Shown: in pieces, positions 53,802 to 64,000 of the stretch
Layout of the letters: every line of letters starts with the position of its first letter
Position numbering within the stretch: the stretch's first letter is position 1
Source of the DNA: Octopus vulgaris
Lineage: Eukaryota
Assembly (NCBI GenBank): GCA_951406725.2
Contig: OX597818.1
Span: 106,826,001-106,890,000 of the forward strand
Direction of reading: 5' to 3'
DNA length: 64,000 nucleotides
Translations under genes and position numbers: made by a program
Notes under the pieces: generated by a model
What the model saw: only the letters and a program-made list of their open reading frames with translations
What the model was told of the DNA's origin: nothing
Database searches by the model: none

Positions 53802-55515
53802 TCTATCTGCCTGTCTCTCTATGTATTTCTTTACCACTTTACCTAAATTTTTTCTTAACCCTTTTAATGTGGAAAGCAGATAGGTTCACTCAAAATTTTA
53901 TTACTTTTAACTTCAGAAAGCAGGATTTACCCCATGGCCTTGAAAAAAAAAAAACTTCTATGTTTGCTAAAGAAGCTAAGATACCTCAGAGACACTATAT
54001 TTTCTTAAAATTTTTTTCCCACATATTTCATCAAATATTTATTTATAGAGCAGGTGTTAAATAATTCTAGTTGTGGATAAGAAGACCAAACCTACAAGAG
54101 ATACTGAAGAAATTTTCCAGAGAAAAAATTATCTAGTTTTTGGAATAGTTAACATATTATAAGAATGACTACTAAACTTAATTATGCAGGGAAAGGGTTA
54201 AGAATCCCATCTGCAAATACATTTCATTTCACTTCTATGATTACTACAATATTTAATTTCTGTTAGTTCATTGCAAATTTCGTTTTTAATACATATCTGG
54301 TTGATTTATAAATCAAAGTCAAATGGATTTAAATTAATATTCTGCTGAGGTTAGCTTTGCTTATCATCGTTTTGGGGTTGATAAAATATGTACCAGTTGA
54401 GCACCCCAAAAATGATGGCCTTGTGCCATGGTGTTCAAAATTTGTTTTGTAAATAAACAGTAAAATTCACATATGGACTCATTTCAGTTCTGCTGATGAA
54501 GGTATCATGTGTCCATATACTGATAAAAATGTCTGAGTATCAGAGACAGAATTATGGCCAGAGAAGACAAAAAACATATTTATTTATCTTAATAAGCACA
54601 TTCATTATAGTTTCAAGTATCTCTTTTTTTTTTGTTTTTGTTTTTAGTTTTATTGGTAAATGGTTACACCATTGCTCCAGATGTAACCCCTTTTTCAGCA
54701 TCACTGAACTCTAATGTCTGTTCCAGTAAATAACAACAATTTTCAGGGACAATGATTTGATGACAGAAAAAGAGGTGAAAGGGGTTATGAATACAGCAAT
54801 TCACCCCACTTGTGATGGAAAGAGAACAACTCACATAGTGAGTTGTACTCTTTCTATAGAGAAAGGGTCCCTCTTCCAATATGTGCAATTTATAGCAGTC
54901 TACCTTTGCATTACTTCCAGTAAGAAGCCTCATGTTCATTAGCCTTGCAGGAGATACACTGAATCAACAACATATATTTTTCATCTTGTTGATGGCATCG
55001 TCTATAAGATTACAATGTTATTTGAATTGCTTTTCGAGACTGTCTTTAACTGTTTTGATATTTTAGATCTGTGCATTAAGATTGCAGTTAATTATTTTCA
55101 CAGAATTTGCATTAGCATTGGTTATCTTTGATTTTGATAAGGGTTAAATTATCACTCAGTCACAATTGCTAATGGAGCATAAGTTCACACCAAGGATATT
55201 TGCTGTAAAACTTATCAAATACGATATCAACGTTACCCTCCTCATCATCTAAATTAATATCCTAGTTAATTCTGCAACAAATCGTGTTAATCACTCTCAA
55301 TCAAATTAAGATCAATAAGTTACTTTTAACACTTAAGCCACAACTGGGGAAATTATGGCTGAGACTGCGTGAAGCTGATCAGAAATATAGCCTGCTAAGC
55401 TGCTTGAAATAAACTTTATCTATTTGTCTGTCTGTCTGTCTGTCTATATCTGTCTAAACATACAAATGTATGCGTGTGCATGTATATGTGTGTGTGTGTG
55501 TGTGTCTGTGTGTAC

Positions 55516-55560
<45 letters not shown>

Positions 55561-55569
55561 TATATGTAC

Positions 55570-55615
<46 letters not shown>

Positions 55616-55752
55616 GGAGATGTACTCGCATAGCAAGTAATTTGATCTGAGATTGTGTGCTGAAACGAAAACAATTGCAGCGTGGAAGGTGTTTATAAGC
55701 CATTTAAGAAACACACAAAAGCCGTTCGATTCACTTCAACATTTAAGTTTAA

Positions 55753-55802
55753 TTTGTCAAAATATTTTCGTCGCTAAAATCCGCGACCTGTTCACTGACA
55801 AA
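55753..55802 (-). ncRNA. Identical G3-C8 hammerhead variant on the opposite strand
   Basis: Follows from the perfect palindrome centred on 55812. Confidence 0.65.
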
Positions 55803-55821
55803 AATCCGTGCAGCACGGATT

Positions 55822-55871
55822 TTTGTCAGTGAACAGGTCGCGGATTTTAGCGACGAAAATATTTTGACAAA
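55822..55871 (+). ncRNA. Minimal type I hammerhead variant with G3-C8 core pair
   Basis: Stem I UUUGUCA/UGACAAA; core GUGAACA 55829-55835; extra G; stem II GUCGC/GCGAC; GAAA 55855-55858; palindromic stem III AAUAUU; predicted cut after U55864. Confidence 0.65.
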
Positions 55872-55953
55872 TTAAACTTAAATGTTGAAGTGAATCGAAC
55901 GGCTTTTGTGTGTTTCTTAAATGGCTTATAAACACCTTCCACGCTGCAATTGT

Positions 55954-56439
<486 letters not shown>

Positions 56440-56454
56440 TATATATATATATAT

Positions 56455-56963
56455 ACATATAAATTTATATATAGAGGGCATTATACATACATGCCAGAAG
56501 GCATTATATATACATGCCAAACGCTAAGAGGGACAATTAGTCATTTCTACCAAAAATATTACTAATCCCACCGAATGCAATTTTTCAAAGTAAGACATTT
56601 AAAAAAATATAGACCTGTATCACAGTGATTTCATACTTACGTACTCATCAGCAGGCCTGAATGAGTACGTAAGTATGAAATCACTGTGATACAGGTCTAT
56701 ATTTTTTTAAATGTCTTACTTTGAAAAATTGCATTCGGTGGGATTAGTAATATTTTTGGTAGAAATGACTAATTGTCCCTCTTAGCGTTTGGCATGTATA
56801 TATAATGCCTTCTGGCATGTATGTATAATGCCCTCTATATATAAATTAATATGTTCAATAAGAAATAATTATTTTCGAAATTTTTTCTCTTATGAGGTTT
56901 TTACGCTATCTACCTGACAATTTCTTGTTAAGTTTTCCTTATTAAGTAGTTGTCCTTAATTGC
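56455..56963. mobile_element. Fold-back PLE-type mini element C in (TA)n
   Basis: Perfect 187-bp arms 56462-56648 / 56661-56847, 12-nt apex, tail 56855-56963. Confidence 0.88.
56611..56658 (-). ncRNA. Type I hammerhead ribozyme motif
   Basis: Minus strand AGGCCUG-CUGAUGA-GUAC-GUAA-GUAU-GAAA-UCACUGUGA-UA|CAGGUCU: 7-bp stem I, canonical core, GNRA-capped stem II, AUA cleavage triplet. Confidence 0.85.
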
Positions 56964-57029
56964 TATATATACATATATATATATACGAGTGTATGTATAT
57001 ATATGTATATATACATATATGTATACTTT

Positions 57030-57061
<32 letters not shown>

Positions 57062-57219
57062 GTATATGTATATATATATATGTCATGATTAGCAAAAAGT
57101 GAAACCGGTTGACAAACACAATATTCTTTCACTTATAAAAGATATTAAGAAATATATTGAAACTATGTAAACTGTGCATTTTCCTTCTTTTCTTTTGCAT
57201 TTATATAGTATTGTTCTAC

Positions 57220-57434
57220 TATTTTACTTGTTTCAGTCATTTGACTGCAGCCATACTGGAGCACTGCCTTTTATTCAAAGAAATCGACCCCAGACTTATC
57301 CTTTCTAGGCCTGGCAATTATTCTATCAGTCTCTTTTGCTGAACTGCTAAGTTATGGGGACGGAAACACACCAACATCGGTTGTCAAGCAATGGTGAAGG
57401 GGATAAACATAGACATGAAGACACACAAACATAA

Positions 57435-57465
<31 letters not shown>

Positions 57466-57630
57466 AATATATATGCGGTAAGCTTCTTTCAGTTTCCATT
57501 TACCAAATCCACTCACAAGGCTTTGGTTGGCCTAAGGCTATAGTAGAAGGCACTTGCCCCAGATGCCACACAGTGAGACTGAACCCAGAATCATGTGGTT
57601 GGGGAGCAAACTTCTTACCACACAGCCACA
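57220..57630 (-). mobile_element. Near full-length CORE-like SINE
   Basis: Same family as 11718-12117. Confidence 0.85.
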
Positions 57631-57644
57631 CCAATATATGTATC

Positions 57645-57915
57645 ATCATCATCATCATCGTTTAATGTCCATTTTCCATGCTGGCACGGGTTAGACGGTT
57701 CGACTGGGAAGCAAGGAGGCTGCACCAGGCCCCAATCTGATCTGGCAGTGTTTCTACAGCTGGATGCCTTTCCTAATGCCAACCTCTCCTAGAGTGTAGG
57801 GGCCAAAGGAGGCTGGCATTGACCATGATCGGATGGTGCTTTTTATGTGCTACCAGCACAGGGGTCACAACTACAATTCCCATTTGATTTGATTTTGATA
57901 TTGCTGTTGATGTTA
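57645..57915 (-). mobile_element. RTE 3' tail
   Basis: (CAT)n plus reverse complement of the tail consensus. Confidence 0.8.
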
Positions 57916-57978
<63 letters not shown>

Positions 57979-59369
57979 AATATATATATATATATGTATA
58001 TATGTTTTAATATAATATGTATTGAGAAGAGCTTAAAATACATTGCAAGTGAGATTGGCTGTAGTTGACATACTAATGTTTAGAAGTAGAAAACAACAGC
58101 CCTGAATGTCTCGGAAATTACAGCTTCCTTATTTCCACCAGTTCCACTAAGTTTATATTAAAGTCACCGAAAACAGATAAAATCTTAATCCTATCAATTC
58201 ACTTTTACAAGAAATAAGACGAGAAAGTTTTGTTAAATTAAACTCATTGACATAACAAGATATTTGCTTCAATTTACTTCCTCACAAATGTATTTTGTGA
58301 AATTCAATCAGAAATGCTGAAGTGTTTCTAAATAAAACTCAGTGCTCTACTTCTTCTTTTGTTTGGTAGATTTCAGTAAAACTAGATTCGAAATGGAAAT
58401 TAAACAGAGATATTGTTTTGCTAAGGATGCAGACACAGAAGAATTAGAGTGCACCATATAGAACAGGAAAACATAAATAAAATATAAACATATATAAAAC
58501 ATTTGCAAAACATGAAAATATGAGGATCAATATTCTAGTGTTGAAATCGTTTTTTTTTTTCTTGTACTCTATCAAAGCTTTTTCATATTGCTTAGCTTGA
58601 TGTAGTTAAATATAATTTAGAGTTCATTTGATCTGCTAAAATATAATTTAGTACCATTAATTTTCAACTTATCTACTTTAACACGACTAGGTGCCAATGC
58701 ATTTAAATGGGTCACATTACTTCAAGTATACCTTCCCAGAAATAATTAATCTTTTCTTTGACTTGATCAACCTAAATTATATTCAGGTCCATTTTATGCA
58801 AATCGCTTGGTACCATTGCTTTTACCTGTTCTGTCTAAAGAGAACCAGTCTTCCTTACTAGTTAATCTTTTCAGTAATGATAACCATTTATGTGGTTATT
58901 GCTTAAATTCAACTTCTGTAAGAGAATAAGAGTATAAAAGATTATAAAACTTCTTATAAGGAAGTTAGTCTGTCTTAGATAAGTTTCTTCAATAGATTCT
59001 TATCACTGAGTTTCAGTTGAATGATGCAGGATTAAAATTATTTCACAGAATCAGAGCCAAGGGCCTGAAGTAAACCCAGGCATATAGCATCTGTGTTGGT
59101 CATCAGCTATTTAACCCCCCCATTCATCTTACCTGTAGCTTTGCAAAGATAACAATTAATTCGAAATTATTTCATAAGGAATGAAAATATAGAATCAAAG
59201 CCAATAATACTTCTTGTTGAGAAAATACAGATATTTGTTAAGAGATTGATGTAGTTCTGGTAATTGTTTCTGCTACATTACAGATATTTCATAATTGAAG
59301 GTTAATTTAACCTCATTGGGATTTGAACTTACAATGTAGAAACTCCATAAGACATACCTAGTACAAGCT

Positions 59370-60380
59370 ATGGACACATAAGGGGTACAGCAGTATCAAA
59401 GAAAGGATAACAAAGAAAGCAGTCTTTTTGTGCAGCAGATGTGTAGGCACGATAAATACTTGGAATGAACAAAGAATAAACTTTGTCAAATGCCCAGGGA
59501 AATATCTAGAATTAGTAGATAGCTTCTGTTACTTAAGGGACAAAATCAGCAGTGGAGGTGGATGCTCTGGGAGTGTAGCTGCTAGAATAAGAACAGGCTG
59601 GGCAAAGTTCAGAGATCTGCTACCTTCATTGGTAACAAAGGGCTTCTCCCTCTGAGTGAAGGGCAGATTATGTGATGTCAGTGTGTAAACAGCCATGCTA
59701 CATGGCAGTGAAACATGGGCTGTGATTGCAGAGGACATGTAAAGGCTTGAAAGCAATGAAGCTTGCATGCTCTGCTGGATATGCAATATCAGTGTGCATG
59801 TACAACAGAATGTGTCTTAAGAGAAAGTCTGGGTACAAGTGGCATCAGATGCAGTGTTCAAGAGAAAAGACTGTGTTGGTTTGATCATGTATTGCATATA
59901 GATGAGGACAGCTGCATAAAGAAGTACTGATCTCTGACTTTGGAGGGAATCTTTGGAAGAGGTAGACCCAGGAAGACATGGGATGATGTGGAGAAATATG
60001 ATCTTCAGATGTTAAGTCTCATACAGATGATGGCAAATGACAGAGACTGTTGGCAATTTGCTGTACTTGATAAGAGACTGGAGCTTAGTGAAATTGTAGT
60101 TTGTGACCAGTGCTGGTTACACATAAAAGGCATGTGTGCTGGTGACATGTAAAAGGCATCCATGTTAAGGGCAGCTTGTACACGGTGTGGAGTGGTTAGC
60201 ATTGGGAAGGGCATCCAATCTTAGAAACTAATCCAATATTGACTGTGGTCTAGTTTCCTAGTTCCAGTCGAAATGTCTGACCCATGCCAGAATGGAAAAC
60301 GGAAGCTTGCCAGCCCTGGTCAAACTGCCCAGTCCATGCCAGCATGGACAATGGATGTTCAATGATGATGATGATGATGA
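59370..60380 (+). mobile_element. RTE LINE 3' third plus tail
   Basis: LELVDSFCYLRDKISSGGGCSGSVAARIRTGWAKFRDL; GRGRPRKTWDDV; (GAT)n end. Confidence 0.92.
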
Positions 60381-61218
60381 ATGTAAAGAGATATAACTCT
60401 ACACACAAAATGGAATTTAATATGGTACTTTATTATTTCTAGATATGTTGGTAACTATTTTTATAGACATCCAGAGGAATAGTTACTCCCAGCAAAATTT
60501 GAACTTAGAATGAAAGGGACATAACGAAATAATGATTTCATGCATCGGCCATCAAGAAAGGAATTTTTTTCAGGGTTCTATTGTCTCTGCCAATCTACCT
60601 TTTAGATGTCAAGAAATGAAGAAATAGAAAATTTTAATGGAAAAGTAAATCATTCAATTTCAGTTTCTTTTAGAGATGGAAGCAGAGTTGTAGAATCAGT
60701 TCTCAGCATTTTTATAGAAATACGCAAATGAAAAACTAATGTGAACAGAAATGGTAGGTTAGCATCTAAGAGTATCAAAACTAATCAATCAAATCTGAAT
60801 AAACTCTGCAAACAAATCCTGATAATAAATTCTATATTCAAATACCATTAATGTGTTAAGTAATCAAACTTGATATTTATACAACAATATTGGCTAATGA
60901 AAAGTAAGACTGGATGCCTGTTACAGGGACGCAATTCAGTCAGGTGGGAATTCTTCAATGTCCTCTACATGCTTTATTTGCAGCCAGTTATGGTTAGAGT
61001 TAGTAATAGCCACAGTAGAATATGCACACGCATGCTCACACACACACGTGCATATGTATATACATTTGGTCATAGACATTGGTTTCTGTGTGTGATTCTA
61101 TGACTTAATCTTTTAACTTTGATTAAAAAAAATTTTTCTTTTCAAAATGGTTGTATTTACTCATTTGCTACCGACTTCTCTGTTGTTCTTTCTCAGTAAA
61201 AAGCCACACACACACACA

Positions 61219-61282
<64 letters not shown>

Positions 61283-61670
61283 TATGTATGCTCTCTTATG
61301 TTTTTAGTTATTTGAAATCTTCATCTGTGAAAAGAATTGCTTTCTAACAAAGGCACAAAGCTCCATCGTTGGAGAGAAGATAACAAAAGTAATAACAAAT
61401 TTTAAACTTGAGGAAACTCTTGCATATTTTTATTGTTCCACTTACAGAATGTATTTGTAATATGCTAGCTAGTTGTTTTTTTTTTCTGAAACTCCAAGCA
61501 TATCCAGAATGTCAGTGAGGAATTTACTCACAAAACCAAATGCACCAATTATTACTATAGACGTGAATTTAAACTCTGGGTACAGAAGCTGGAGGTTTTG
61601 AAGCAGTTGTCCCTAGTTATACTCTTCCCTTTTGATTTTCAAAGAGATATTCACAAGAAAAACTACAACA

Positions 61671-61703
<33 letters not shown>

Positions 61704-61859
61704 ATTAGCAATAATAAACCATACTAATACCATTAATAATGTACTAATCTAAGAATTTGACCAAATTTTTATCTAATTTCTATGGCATTTCCTAATGCAA
61801 GAATTCTAAATTGTTAATCAGTGTTGTATCAAACCAGATACAAACATAAAATATAAATA

Positions 61860-63120
61860 CACACACTCATACATGCATACATGCATGCATATATACATAC
61901 ATACATACATACACACATACATACATGCATACACACATACATACATGCATACATACATACATGCATGCATACATACATACATACATACATACATACATAC
62001 ATACATACGTGCATACATGCATACACACATACATACATACATACATACATACATACATACATGCATGCATGCATGCATACATACATACATACATACATAC
62101 ATGCATACATACATGCATACATATGTACATACACACATACATACATGCATACATACATACATACATACATACATGCATACATACATGCATACATATGTAC
62201 ATACACACATACATACATGCATACATACATACAAACATACATACATACATGCATACATACATGCATACATACATACATACATACACACACATACACAAAT
62301 ACATACATACATGCATACATACATACATACATACATACATACATGCATACTTACATATATACATACATACCTACATACATGCATATATACATACATGCAT
62401 ACATACTTACATACATACATTCATACATGCATACATACATACATACATACATACATACATACATGCATACATACATACATGCATGCATACATACATACAT
62501 ACATTCATACATACATACATTCATACATATATACATGCATGCATACATACATACATACATACATTCATACATGCATACATACATACATACATACATACAT
62601 ACATACATACATACATACATACATACATTCATACATGCATAGATACATACATACATACATGCATATATACATACATGCATACATACTTACATACATACAT
62701 TCATACATACATACATACATACATACATGCATACATGCATACGTACATACATACATACATACATACATACATGCGTGCATACATACATACATTCATACAT
62801 ACATACATACATACATACATGCATACATACATATATACATACATACATACATAGATACATACATACATGCATATATACATACATGCATACATACTTACAT
62901 ACATACATTCATACATACATACATACATGCATGCATACATACTTACATACATTCATTCATACATTCATACATACATACATACACACATACATACATGCAT
63001 ACACACATACATACATACATACATTCATACATACATACATGCAGACACACATACATACATACATGCATACATACTGTACATACATTCATACATCCATACA
63101 CGCATGCATTCATACATATA
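61860..63120. repeat. ~1.25-kb degenerate (CATA)n/(CATG) array
   Basis: Directly visible; source of the 425-aa HTYI ORF. Confidence 0.97.
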
Positions 63121-63789
63121 TATCATGTAAGTGTGTATATCGCTAGATAGTATAGATACACAGAACAAAGAAAAAAAGGAGAACAAAGGGGAGTGATGTT
63201 ATGAAGAGATTATTCTAAGCATATTGAAAAGAAGGGATAATCATAAATAATAAGGAGAAACTGGGAACAGAAACAATAATAAAATACACAAACACAAATG
63301 AATAAATAAATGTAAATAAAATAAATAAGCAAATAAAAACAACATAAATAAAAAATAGAAAATTATAATGTGGAGAGGTCCAAATTGCAGGATATATCTT
63401 CTTTTGTTGAAAGTTGTGACTTGAATTCATAGTGCGAGTCTAATAATAACAATGGAAAGATTAGTAGAGATAGAATAAAGTGAAATTAGAGTTATTAGTC
63501 TTGGGCTGATCAATGTTAATGTCAATGACCCACTAACGTTCAGGGGAAATATGGAAAATACACAGAGCCGTCAGTAGTTTTTGAATAATGAGTGATGTGT
63601 TTATGTTGATGCTTCATTCTGGTAAAGGATAAAGTTTATACGCTAGTAGAAGGCATTGTGCGAGGACAAATGCAACAGTGAAAGGTGTTTCACAAATAAG
63701 TATTCTATAAAGATACAAGATAAAGAATTCTATATTGTGCATAATATAGAATGAACGACATTTTGGATCTTAGTAGTTAATGGGGGTAG

Positions 63790-64000
63790 AAATGAAAAGA
63801 AACCCATAGTAAATAGGGTTTGATTGAGAGAAGAAACTTAGAAGGTTATGTTGAAAACATGGGACGGAGTGGTGAAAAAGGATCTACAGATGCTGGGACT
63901 CACAGAGGGTGTGACAGAGGACGAAGACTTCTGGTGGTTTGTCGTGCTTGGAAAGGCATATCAAACTGTGGTTGTCCTTGCATACAGGCTCACTCCCTGA
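63790..64000 (+). mobile_element. RTE 3' remnant at the window edge
   Basis: KTWDGVVKKDLQMLGLTEGVTEDEDFWWFVVL. Confidence 0.75.

Larger units (their letters stand above)
55615..55954. mobile_element. Fold-back PLE-type mini element A in (TA)n
   Basis: Perfect 142-bp arms 55670-55811 / 55813-55954, 1-nt apex, unpaired tail 55615-55669. Confidence 0.88.

Noticed and set aside
54660-54960. Possible IS630/Tc1-like transposase remnant (ELLYS*PLSP on minus strand)
   Set aside because: Similarity too short and degenerate, and no TIRs found
61818-63150. Longest ORFs in the track (up to 425 aa, HTYI/MYVC)
   Set aside because: Translations of the (CATA)n array, which lacks stops in several frames

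Overview
AT-rich, repeat-dense eukaryotic DNA, most likely intronic or intergenic. The SINE/LINE families and the very abundant (TA)n/(CA)n/(CATA)n microsatellites look like an octopus (coleoid cephalopod) genome; this is recognition from memory, not a database result. No host protein-coding gene could be supported: the long ORFs are microsatellite translations or transposon remnants. The window holds decayed RTE, CR1/L2-like, R4/Dong-like and Penelope-like (PLE) retroelements, several tRNA-derived SINEs, and Tc1/mariner derivatives and MITEs. The most striking structure is a set of six short, mutually unrelated fold-back (palindromic) elements at ~15.9, 30.6, 49.5, 55.8, 56.2 and 56.65 kb. 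Five sit in or next to (TA)n tracts, and five have a complete or partial type I hammerhead ribozyme motif at the hairpin apex. One motif has a swapped G3-C8 core pair and is present on both strands. Three of the elements are packed into 1.35 kb. All folds were worked out by hand and none has been tested for activity.
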